Shown here: in pieces, positions 1 through 12,271 of the stretch
Layout of the letters: each line of letters opens with the position of its first letter
Numbering within the stretch: the first letter of the stretch is position 1
From: Octopus sinensis
Taxonomy: Eukaryota
Direction of reading: 5' to 3'
Assembly: GCF_006345805.1 (NCBI RefSeq)
Contig: NC_043002.1
Location: forward strand, 93,000,001 to 93,064,000
Length of the DNA stretch: 64,000 bases
Translations under genes and position numbers: made by a program
The notes under the pieces: generated by a model
Seen by the model: the letters and a program-made list of their open reading frames with translations, nothing else
The model's database searches: none
Told to the model about the DNA's origin: nothing

Positions 1-3000
1 CACCCGCCCTCCCACCCCCTCCACCGGTACAGGAAGTCCTAAATTTTCTCATCCTTGTTGTCTCCCATGTACACTTCAAAGTCCTACGCCACCCCCACCT
101 CCTTCCATAAAAGGTAGTGGTCATTCATTGCAAGATATGTTAGTGTAGTGTACTCAGTTTGAACTTGAGTTTTATTGTTTGTGTATGAATCCTGCCAAAC
201 GCGAGTTTTCTTTTCAGGTTCATGATGCTACTAGGGCCAATACCTCCCACACCCTCAGGGTTAGCACCCTCAACGTTGGCACACTGAAAGGCAGGTCTGG
301 CGAGATCGTTGAATTGCTTGAAGGGAGGTGTGTTGATATATGTTGCATTCAAGAAGTGAGGTGGAGAGGAGGTTCTGCTAGGTTCCTCACAGGCAAAGGA
401 CAGAGGTACAAGATTTTCTGGGCTGGGAATACTGACGGGGTCGGGTGTGTGGGTATACTTATCGCTGAAAAATGGGTAGATAAGGTAATCGAGGTAGTCA
501 GAGTATTTGACAGAATACTTAAGATTAGATTAGTGCTCCATCATAGTTTAGCAACTATTATATCGGCCAGGGCTACCCGATGGACAGAAAGACCGTTTCT
601 ATGACACCCTACTGCAGACCACCTCATTGACGAATGACAGGGACCTTCTCTTTGTGGCTGGTGACTTCAATGGGCATGTTGGACGACATGCTGGGGGCTT
701 CCATGGCATACATGGAGGCTACGGTTATGGTTCCCGCAACGAGGAGGGAACCAGGCTGCTGGAGTTCTGCGATGCGAATAGTCTTATGGTTTGCAACACT
801 AACTTCAGGAAACCAACAAGCCACCTGGTCACCTACCGATCGGGCCGGCATACTAGCCAAATCGACTACATCCTTGCCAGAAAAAGGGAAAGATGGCTGC
901 TTATAAATGCCAAAACCTTCCCAGGCGAAGAATGTACCCCACAACATAGACTGGTAGTTAGTGACTTTAGGATCAGGACTAAGAGGATGACTAGAAGACG
1001 ACCAACATGGAGAAAAAGGGTCTGGAAGCTTAAAGACCCTGCGAACGGACAGAGATTTAGAGACATGTTACTTGAAGCCTTTGACGAAATAGAAGGGGGT
1101 ATAGCTACACATGGGGTAGAAGACAACTGGACGCTTCTAAGGGACAACCAGCTGAAAGTCACTGACCAGATCTGTGGCTGGTGCAAAGTCCCCTCAAGAC
1201 CCAAAATAACGTGGTGGTGGAACAATGTGGTTGACGGCTATTAAACAAAAGAATCAGGCTTGGAAGAAATAGAAGAACGGTGGTAGCAGGGAAGTGTATC
1301 AGACTGCCAGAAGGGAAGCTAGGAGGCAGGTGTATTTAGCCAGAGGGAAAGCAGATAAGAAAAAATTTGCCAATGTTCTGCACCATGAGGATGAAAGACT
1401 TGAGGTATTTCGTGTTGCAAGACAGTGTGTGAGAGAGAATCGTGATGTGGTAGGAGAGAAATGTGTTCGCAAGGATGACGGTTCACTTGCGCTAAATGAG
1501 GATGCAAAGAGAGAGGTTTGGAGACGCCACTATGAAAGGTTGCTGAATGAAGAAAATGAATGGGATAAAGAGAGTCTGCCGAATGTCGACCCAACAGAGG
1601 AACCAGCAATCCGAGTTGACAGTTCCTTAGTAGTTAAGGCAATTACAAGCATGAAAACAGGGAAAGACCCAGGCCCATCAGGCATTACTGCAGAGATGCT
1701 CAAAATATCTGGTAGTGTCGGCTATAGCCTAGTCACCCATATAGTTAACCAGGTGATACACGAAGGAGTCATACCCAATGACTGGTGTAGCAGCATAATA
1801 GTCAACTGCTACAAAGGTAAAGGTGACACCCTAGATACAAATAACTACAGGGGTATCAAGCTGCTGGATCAGGTAATGAAGGTTACGGAGAGGGTTATAG
1901 CCCAACTAATTAGAGAGAGAGTTAGCTTAGATGAGATGCAGTTTGGGTTCGTGCCAGGGAAAAGTACTACTGATGCTATATTCCTGGTAAGTCAGCTGCA
2001 GGAGAAATACCTAGCCAAAGATAAGGCCCTGTACCTGGCTTTTGTTGACATGGAGAAAGCCTTCGACAGGGTCCCCCGATCCCTTATCTGGTGGTCAATG
2101 AGGAAACTAGGGATAGATGAATGGTTAGTGAGAGCTGTGCGAGCCATGTACAGAGACGCTGCTAGTAAGGTGAGGGTTGGCAACGAGTACAGTGAAGAAT
2201 TCCGGGTAGAGGTTGGGGTCCACCAAGGTTCAGTCCTCAGTCCCCTCCTATTTATCATAGTCCTCCAGGCAATAACAGAGGAATTCAAGACAGGATGCCC
2301 CTGGGAGCTCCTCTATGCTGATGACCTTGCTCTAATTGCTGAGTCACTATCAGAACTGGAGGAGAAGTTTCAGGTGTGGAAGCAAGGATTAGAATCGAAG
2401 GGCCTTAGAATCAACCTAGCCAAAACCAAAGTCCTAATAAGTAGGAAGGTAGACCAATCACAAATGCCTTCAGGTAGATGGCCCTGCTCGATCTGTAAAA
2501 AAGGTGTAGGTAGAAACTCTATAAGGTGCACCAAGTGTAAGCTATGGACACATAAGAGGTGCAGCAATGTCAAAGGAAGGCTAACTAGGAAAATAGTTTT
2601 TGTCTGTGGCAGATGCTCAGGAGCAATAAACACTGAAAATGTGCAGAAACCAACTTCTACCACGTTCCAGGGAATAAAAACTAGAAGTAGTTGATAGCTT
2701 CCGCTACCTAGGTGACCAAGTCAGTAGCAGGGGTGGGTGTGTTGAAAGTGTAACTGCTAGAGTAAGAATAGCCTGGGCAAAGTTTAGAGAGCTCTTACCC
2801 CTGCTGGTGACAAAAGGCCTCTCGCTCAGAGTAAAAGGCAGACTGTATGATGCATGTGTACGTACAGCCATGCTACATGGCAGTGAAACATGGACTGTGA
2901 CTGCTGAGGATATGCGTAAGCTTGCAAGAAATGAAGCCAGTATGCTCCGATGGATGTGTAATGTCAGTGTTCAGATTCAACAGAGTGTAAGTACCTTGAG

Positions 3001-3850
3001 AGAAAAGTTGGACCTAAGAAGCATCAGTTGTGGTGTGCAAGAGAGACGTTTGCGCTGGTATGGTCATGTGACGAGAATGGCTGAAGATAGTTGTGTGCAA
3101 AAGTGCCACACCCTAGCAGTTGAGGGAACCTGTGGAAGAGGTAGACCCAGGAAAACCTGGGACGAGGTGGTGAAGCACGACCTTTGAACTTTAGGTCTCA
3201 CTAAGGAAATGACTAGAGACCGAGACCTCTGGAAATATGCTGTGCGTGAGAAGACCCGGCAAGACTAGTGAGACCATAACCCGTGGCCTCTACCTGGTAT
3301 GTAGCCAGTCGAGTTATACATACCTTTCCTTCTTGGGACACAAAACTCCACTTGTGAAGACCCGTTGAGGCAAGTGAAAATCAAAATCAAACCAAATCAA
3401 ATCAGATATCAGAAAGCAGAACCAAAATCGAAGTCAATCAACATCAATGGAAATTGCAGCTGTGATACCAGTGCCGGTGACAAGTAAGCGAACCATCCGA
3501 TCGTGGCCGTTGCCAGTGCCGCCCCGACTGGCCTCCGTGCTGGTGGCACGTAAAAAGCACCATCCGTTCGTGGCCGTTGCCAGCCTCGCCTGGCCCCCAT
3601 GACAGTGGCACGTAAAAAGCACCATCCGTCCGTGGCCGTTTGCCAGCACCATCTGGCACCTGTGCGGGTGGCACGTAAAAAGCACCCACTACACTCACGG
3701 AGTGGTTGGCGTTAGGAAGGGCATCCAGCCGTAGAAACACTGCCAGATCAGACTGGGCCTGATGCAGCCTTCTGGCTTCACAGACCCCAGTTGAACCGTC
3801 CAACCCATGCTAGCATGGAAAGCGGACGCTAAATGATGATGATGATGATG
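1..3850 (+). mobile_element. RTE-clade LINE (Rex3/Expander-like), near full length, disrupted by frameshifts and stops
   Basis: APE motifs (TLNVGTL, CIQEVRW, GDFNGHVG, IDYIL, QHRL) in ORFs 179-604 and 627-1244. RT motifs (YRGIKLL, QFGF, FVDMEKAFDRV, GVHQGSVLSPLLF, YADD) in 1294-2694. PHD-like finger about 2478-2615, C-terminal ORF 2807-3187, 3' UTR ending in (GAT)n at about 3850. Confidence 0.95.
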
Positions 3851-4635
3851 AACATAACAATTGTAAAAAATATTTTGTACATTGTAGAAATGTACCTAAT
3901 ATATTGCACATAAGTTTTAACAACAAAATCTTATGTGGGTCCCAGTTGAGAACCACTGAAAACTATACAGCTATACTGTGTATATACCTATCTAAATATA
4001 TTGTATACAATTTAAAAGAAAAAATATAATACAATTACATATCAAGGTTCCAAAATTATGTTCCTAGTCATTTTGGCTGAAAAGGGGTATCATAGGATTC
4101 ATCATCATCATCAATTAATGTCCATCTTCTATGCAAGCATAGGGTGGTTGACACCAACCACTCTGCAGAGTGGACTCAGTACTTTTTATGTGGCACTAGC
4201 ACAGACGAAGCTAGTTTTGGTATGACTTTACAGCCCTTCTAAATTCTTATTCGTTGTTGATTAACCCTTTGGTCAATCTTGAACCAGTAGACCTACAAAG
4301 AAAGGCATTCTAACCAAAACAATCTCATCTTTTTAGAGATAAGTAGGACCACATCTGCTAAAGTATCCTTTCTTTACGACAATAGGATGTGGAGATTTGA
4401 GGGGGTGGGGTTAACTAGTAGGTTCAGTGACCATCTCACTATTGAGATATCATTACAGGCTACTACTATAAAAACTTTTCAATACTACAGCAAACCTACA
4501 CAAGGGTGCTTTGGATGCCATAAATCAATGTCAAAAGGGAATCAACTCATGTAACAGTTCTGTTTCTTTGTGTTCTTGGAAACTCAAATTCATAGCATTG
4601 ACTTCTCTTATAAATTGAATGATAAATGGGAAAAC

Positions 4636-4870
4636 CCGTTAGCATTAAAACTGACCATATCTGGCACAAATATTCTACCTGTTTTATGTTCAAACTGACC
4701 AGATACAGCTGTCCTACAAAGTCATTCTAAAAGCAAACAATAATGTCATGGAAATATCAAAGATACATGATAATATATGATAAATATCAAAGATACGAGA
4801 TAATGCATAATTAAAACTATGTGAATAAACAAGCATTATATGTGACACAGTAATGAAGGTGCTAAATGGT
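4636..4870. mobile_element. TTAA-flanked MITE, family 1 (piggyBac-like ends), degenerate
   Basis: Ends resemble TTAACCCTTTAGCATT...GCTAAAGGGTTAA; same body at 13521-14128, 38975-39180, 47349-47520. Confidence 0.6.
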
Positions 4871-5024
4871 TAAGTCAATGGTAGTGAATATCATTTAGGA
4901 CATTATAAATGGGAATGCTTTTAGATTCATGTAAATGTATCCCTTCCTGTAAGAACCTGTGAAACTGCATAGTAAAGCTCCAACTAATTCCAGGCAGGAT
5001 TTCATTTCTAAGTTTTAGGTTATA

Positions 5025-5417
5025 CTAGCAGTATCGCCCGGCATTGCTCGGGTTTGTAAGGGAAATAACTATATAAGCATTTTTGGAGATGTAAAGTATG
5101 ATAGCCATCTCAATATGGCTAACCACAAAGGAGGGTGTTACTGTAGCTTTTTACGTTCTGAGATTTAATAAAACATTTTTAGAGAGTTACTTCCTTTATA
5201 TAATTGCAAAAAAATGCATTAAAAATGGGAAAAATGATGGTAAATTTTTTTTAAATTGTAGACTCATCGTAGACGCGCGCTAATACCCAGAAGGGCTCGA
5301 TATGAATCACAACTATAAGATACCCGCTTTTGGTTACACTGCACCGCAAAATGTGGGAGTAGTTAGGAATCTATATCATAGGAGACAGACACACAACTTC
5401 ACTTTTATATATAAAGA
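5025..5417 (-). mobile_element. Non-autonomous Helitron, family H1
   Basis: Minus strand reads A|TCTTTATAT...CCCGAGCAATGCCGGG(hairpin)CGATACTG CTAG|T: TC start, subterminal hairpin, CTAG end, AT target. Close copy at 44666-45059. Confidence 0.85.
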
Positions 5418-5432
5418 TATGAGTTCACTTAC

Positions 5433-5477
5433 CCTAAACTTTTTAACAGCATTGAATAATTTCTTTTCTGTTCCGAG
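5433..5477 (-). CDS. PHKG: PHKG mini-exon (45 nt): [15 protein letters not shown], start of regulatory/calmodulin-binding tail
   Basis: ttccag acceptor, GTAAGT donor, phase 0/0; FNAVKKFR resembles FNARKKF/FSPRGKFK of PHKG orthologues; not in the ORF track. Confidence 0.88.
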
Positions 5478-7806
5478 CTGGAAATTAACCAAAAACAGAG
5501 CAATTAAAACTCATGAAGTCACTAATAACTGAAACCAATTATAAGAAATTTTATCACTGAAACACATGAACTTTACATTAAATAATTCTTTTTCATACAC
5601 GTATTGTTGTTGTTATTGTTTAACTTCAGACCAGTTCTGATCGAACAAACTTATAATAAAGTACATTCCATTTATGACCATCTCACTGACTGAAAAAGCA
5701 GTATCTATACAACACACAGACATATATATATATATACAATACTACAATGCATAGCAGACGAGTATGCATCACTAAAGATGATCAAAACGAGATCAAAATG
5801 ACATGATCTGGTAGTCTCTTCCCACTTACAATATATGTCGAGTATGAAGCACACTGAATAACCAACTGGAGGAAGCATCCTTCTGGGGTTAAAAATAGCA
5901 GTATCGTCTGTTCATATGGAACACCCACATTCAGGTGGTGATAACCATTACTTCTCTGTATAAATACTGCTTTCATCTCTAATAGATATTAACAAGCCAG
6001 TTTGCTAGTTGCAAAACCAGTGGCTGTGTGACACTGTTTTCTATATATTGCATGATGAGGGTAAACTACCATTATGTCTAGTATCCATCATTGAGGATGA
6101 TCAAAATGAAATTGAAACCACATGATCTGGTGGTCTCTGAGCTAGAAGAGGAGGGAGTTCTCTCCCTGCTTGCAATACATATCAAGTGTGTAACGCACTG
6201 AATAACCAGCTGGAGGAAGCACCCTCCTGGGGTTAAAATAGCAGTATCATCTGTTCTTATATAACACCCATGCTTAGGTGGTGATAAATGTTAATTCTCA
6301 GTATAAATACATCTTTTCTCTCTAATATTTTTTTGAAAAGCTAGTTTACTATATATATATGCAACACACACACATATATGTGTGTGTATGTATATATATA
6401 AATTATACTATGATAGAAAACATTAGCAGTTTGTTATGATTGAATTTAATTTTACTGAAAGAGATTTGTTTCTAAGTTAGAGACTGGTTCTTTCTTTATT
6501 GAGGAATTTTTTTAAAATTAGGTATTCCTGATTGAATATATTTTCACAGAATCAATAAATATTTATTTCGTTTTTGGATTTGGTTTGCAAGATTCTTTAT
6601 ATGAGTTCATGTGTTGAAACAAATTCTGTTGTGTCTGGGGAGAGTCATTTTCTTTTTGTGCCTTATAATGTAACACAGTCACCAGTAAAATTTCCACTTA
6701 TTTCTTACTTTTATTTTCTAAAATTTTCATTGCGTCTTGCAACCTTTTCAATAGTCTTGACTCAAGACTATTGAAAAGGTTGAGAGTCAAGACTATTGAA
6801 AAGGTTGAGAGTCAAGACTATTGAAAAGGTTGCAAGATGCAACGAAAATTTTAGGAAAATAAAAATTAGAAATAAGTGGAAATTTTCACCGGTGAGTGTG
6901 TTACATTATAAGGCACAACAGAATAAATGTTTACATTAAATGTATATACATTTATAGACACTGTGAAAATATATACACAGAAATGGTGTGTAAATATATG
7001 CACACAAAAATAATGTATGTCTGTATGCGTGTATATGTGTGTGTGTGTGTGTATATCATCATCATCATCATCATTTAATGCCTGCTCTCCATGCTGACAT
7101 GAATTAGACTGTTTGACTGGAGCTGATGAGCCGGAGAGCTGCTCCAGGTTCCAGTATGATTTGCCATGGTTTCTACAGTTGAATGCTCTTCCTAACACCA
7201 ACCACTCCAAGAGTGTAAGGGGTGCTTTTTGTACCACCAGCACAGGTGTCATTTACATGACACTGGTAACAACCACAACAATTCACAGGTGCCATTTACA
7301 TAGCACCACCAGCGTCCATAACTACAATTCACATGTGGCATCTACATGGCACTGTCAATGACCATGATTTACATATATATATATATATATACACACAGGA
7401 ACTACAAAATGCATCATTTTAACATCCACTTTGCTATGCTTGCATGAACTAGATAGAGTTTATTGAAGCATATCAATCCACAGTTGGATGCCCACCCTGT
7501 TGTCAATCCTCACTTGTTTCCATGCAAGGTAATATTTCCCCATGACCAGACATCATGTTCCCATAGAATATCAGAACTGAATGATATCAAGGAGGCACAA
7601 ACACACAGACATAAATATATACACATACACTTTATATATATAAAATATGAATTAGAGATAAAACCACCATCAGGCAACTCAAACAGTGATAATGGTGGTT
7701 TTATCTCCAATTCATATTTTATATATTTACACTGTGAAATTTGATTTAATCCTAAATCTAATTTTTCCCTGTAAGTTTGGAGCCATACTCCCTAATAATA
7801 TATATA

Positions 7807-7865
<59 letters not shown>

Positions 7866-8092
7866 TACACTTATGTTTCAACCAGTGTTAGGGGTTCAAG
7901 GCAAAGGAGAAAAGCAGCTACTGCCCACATTGACCCATAATCCTCACACTTGCAACATCTGCAATCTTCTTTGCAAATCATTGGCAAGACTCAAATGTCA
8001 TATTCAACACAAGCATCATGAATGACAAAAAAAGTGTAGGTTGTTGGATCCTCATACTTTGAAACCAACAGGTGAGTCCATCATATCATCAT

Positions 8093-8143
<51 letters not shown>

Positions 8144-8376
8144 TACACTTATGTTTCAACCAGTGTTAGGGGTTCAAGGCAAAGGAGAAAAGCAGCTACT
8201 GCCCACATTGACCCATAATCCTCACACTTGCAACATCTGCAATCTTCTTTGCAAATCATTGGCAAGACTCAAATGTCATATTCAACACAAGCATCATGAA
8301 TGACAAAAAAAGTGTAGGTTGTTGGATCCTCATACTTTGAAACCAACAGGTGAGTCCATCATATCATCATCATCAT

Positions 8377-8419
<43 letters not shown>

Positions 8420-9763
8420 TATATATGATGTATGTGTGTATATATCTATACATGATAAGCTTCTTTCAGTTTATGCCAACCAAATCCACTCACAAGACTT
8501 TGACTTGCCCAGTGCTATAGAAGATGTGCCATGCAGTAAGACTGAACCCAGAACCCTAAACCCTATGGTTGAAAAGCAAATTTCTTACCATACAACCACG
8601 TCTGCAACCTAAATAGTTTTTCTATTATATACTTATATCAAACTAGTATATTTTTACAGATGGATGCAAACCATTCTACCATTAATTTATATTACTGTAT
8701 ATTTAGGTGATTGTTATAAGAAATTAAGAAATACTTACATCACGATTTAAGAATGGATGTTGCAATGCTTCTTTGGCAGTGAGCCGTTTCTTTGGGTCGA
8801 CAACCAACAATTTTGAAATCTAAGAAAGAAGTCAAAATACTTAACATGAATAACTGTACAAAGAAAAACACAAATAAATAAAATGTAAGTTAGAAGACAT
8901 TAAAACAAAAAGCAAAGGCTAACTCTTATATAATCAATATACAAGTAATAGCTACTTATGACATATCATAAATATAAAAGTATTAGCTATGACAGATTTT
9001 AAATATATAATAGACGCTATTGGACTTTTTTTTCTGTTCAATATTTTTTTTTGTTTTTTGCTTTGTGTTGTTTTTAACAAAACCATATAATTACAGAAGT
9101 TAACAAGGGGTCTCTATGTGATTACTTGACATGCTAGAAATAGCAGTCAAATCATTCACGAAAAATTCCCAAATGCCTTATATAAAGACTGGACACATTA
9201 GATAACACAGAATTACATATGCCTGGGAAGATAATGAGATGGTCACAACTGGAATGCCTTTAGTCCAATGTCTACTTAACCAGAGTTGACTTGGGGCTAA
9301 ACAACAAGTGAAAGTATATCTATAACTGTGACAGTTTAACCTTTCACTAGTGTAATTCTGTTGAAATACACTGCCTTTGACTAAATTAATTTTTAAAACA
9401 ATTAAGAAGTTAGTAAAATAACTTTGTCGTAATTAATCTGGTGTTTGGATTATAAATTAGATTGAATTTTTGATGGAAGATTATAATTTAGATAATTTTA
9501 AACAGGAAATTTGTATCAGAGAATCAGGAGTGGTCTCAGATAGGTTGGTATCAAAAGGGTTAAATATTTTTAACATCTTAACAATAGAAAACTTGCTATC
9601 TTAAGGAACCATTCATACATTCATTACCACACTACGACTGTAATGTTAAAGTAACATGTCTCTAACTAGAAACTTTCTTCAGAATTTTTTTTACCATTCT
9701 CTTTTCTTTAATAGTGACTGTCAACCTGACTACAATATTAACAAATGCATCTTTCCAAAGCAA

Positions 9764-9794
<31 letters not shown>

Positions 9795-11622
9795 AAGAGA
9801 GAGTGAGAAAGAGAGAGAAAAAGAGAGAGAAAGAGAGAGGGAGAGAGAGAGTGTATGGATGTATGTGTACATACATATATATATATATACATAAAAGATT
9901 CTTTGGAAATCATTTAAAAAAATATCAAAGACAAGTCGAAATTACCAAGTCTTTTGGCAAGTTGCCGACATCATTCCACTCCGTACTGTTAAACTGATAA
10001 TTGCCTTCCATTATTGAACGGAGCATGTAGATTTGTTTACGGTGCCAAAATGGTGGAGAACCACTCAATCTGAAAAAATATTCATGAATAAATGAATTAA
10101 ATTTCTACCTTTAAATAGGAAGTTGATGTTTTATGCATTTAATCTTATTTCTAACGAGGTTTGGTATATTGATATAAAAACTAATTGATGAGATAAACAC
10201 GTCACAAATGAGATTACATCTACAGCTTTAATAAAGCAATTAAGCTCAAGGTCAGCCAATAAAGGCTAAAACAAAAACCTAGAGAAGTTACTCAATTACC
10301 TAATACAGTAGCCGAAATTTCTTCTCTCAGGTAAATCCCATTCTTAAATAGTAGGTCTGTATTTTAAGCACATGGGTAGACAGTAAAGTCATCAGCTTGG
10401 CAACAAATTAAGCTAATCTGTAGTATAGCATTCAATTCAAAGGAGCATGACAAATTCACAACCAAAACATTAGTTTAGGAATAAAGTGAGTCTAGAGTCT
10501 AACTGATGAGCTGTACTCTAGGTTATGAGTGAGTTTGAATAGTGTGAGGGTCAACCTATTTGACCATCATATTGATAATAAGCCACAGAAATTTCTAACT
10601 GAAAGTTAAACTATTCTTGAGATTTTGGGTAGATGGTGTGATGTATTGAATGATGTATGCAAAAAATTCTCATCCCACTTAGTTGAAGAAAGAAAACAAA
10701 AACCTAGTGGTAGTTGATAATGATGTTCAAAGAAAAGGAGTAAGTAATTTCAAGATATTAATTTTCATTAAGCATAAAAATTAAGAAAATTAATTTTCAT
10801 GGTTAAGCAGAAAACTCTGATCTTTGTTAGCATGTATAGCAACAGCTAACAACTGCAGACATGTTTCTGTCTTATTAGCCCTTATCAACAAAGATCATCT
10901 CAAGACTGCTTCAACCAAAGGACTGAGATTTTTACATGCAGAAAGAGATTTAGGAGGTAATGTATACAAAATATTCTGAATCAATTGAAATATAATCTCC
11001 TCAGTTTGAGAAAGGAAACTAGAACTGAACACCATTCATTAGCAACTCACAAAGAAAAGGAAAAAGGATTAGAATAATTTCACTGAAAATTCCATTTATA
11101 TGTCAAATAGTATTGGGAGGAACAACATGGAACTTAAAAAGAAAATCTTTAAGATCAAATACAATTAGCATACATACTCATTTAAGTTCACAGCAAAAAC
11201 TAATTCAACATTTCTATCCCAACATGTCTGGAAATTTAAAGAGCAGTGGACTCTCAAACATTACTCTAACCTAGAATATCAGAGACACAGCACCCCATAC
11301 ACTAAACAAAACAAGAAATACTCGTTATCTTTCTAAGAAATTCCATATTCTGACATAACCACAGCCATTAGGATTACTGGAGTGAAAAACTGAAATTTAA
11401 ACTTTCTGATAACACAGGTCAAGATTCCTATAAATTTTTATTTTTCAAATCCCCGCAGCATAGTATCCGTTGTCCAATCATTTCACTGAAGCCACCTCCA
11501 CATTACAATAGTAACCTGAGACTCTGTACCAATAAGTAATCGCCTAGTGTCAACAACTGTCAATAGGGCATATTGAAGACTCCTACATGACTACTATTCA
11601 CTATAGAAAATCAATCTAGCCG

Positions 11623-11667
<45 letters not shown>

Positions 11668-12219
11668 GTATGTGTGGGCCCCTCTCAAAACTTCTTGTGC
11701 TTAAACACTTCCTTGACCTTCAGCCTGACCCTTAACCTGATACTGCCACACTTCATCTGGCTGAACTTGTCCTCTTCCTCAACTGCTTCTCATTCGTGGG
11801 GGAGTTTTACCAACAGTTCTTAGGAGTGGCCATGGGAATGAGAATTAAATTATGGTTTGTACTGAAGGGTCCAGCGAACCTATTTTACACATACTTATGG
11901 GTTCTAAAAAATTAAAATATAGTTTATAGTATTGAACTATGAGAAAGTGATATAGGGGCCTGATGATTGAGGTTATATTTTAAGAATGGTTCCAGCAAAA
12001 CACGGAGTGGTTTAAGAACTGGGAAATGTACCTCATGAAACACGTGTAGCCAAGTTATAAAGTAGTAGGTATTTAAAATAAAAATTCTTTTTTATATGGT
12101 GAGATGAAGGGGCCTACTATCTCTAAATGACAATATATATTTCTTCATTGAGAATAATTTGATTCCCTAACAAATAAAATTAAATATATATGTATGTATG
12201 TATGTATATATATGTATAC

Positions 12220-12271
<52 letters not shown>

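Noticed and set aside
3409-3803. Recurring ORFs such as [35 protein letters not shown]
   Set aside because: Antisense translation of the multi-copy RTE 3' UTR.
4500-4620. Further PHKG exon between the 45-nt exon and the RTE
   Set aside because: Open frames here lack DPY, GHWVKK or NRAALFE motifs and suitable splice sites.
7930-8025. C2H2 zinc-finger gene
   Set aside because: A single finger after a QRRKAA motif in another frame and before a (CAT)n tail fits the C-terminus of a decayed RTE LINE.
10503-10545. CTGATGA followed by a hairpin
   Set aside because: No GAAA and no stem I.
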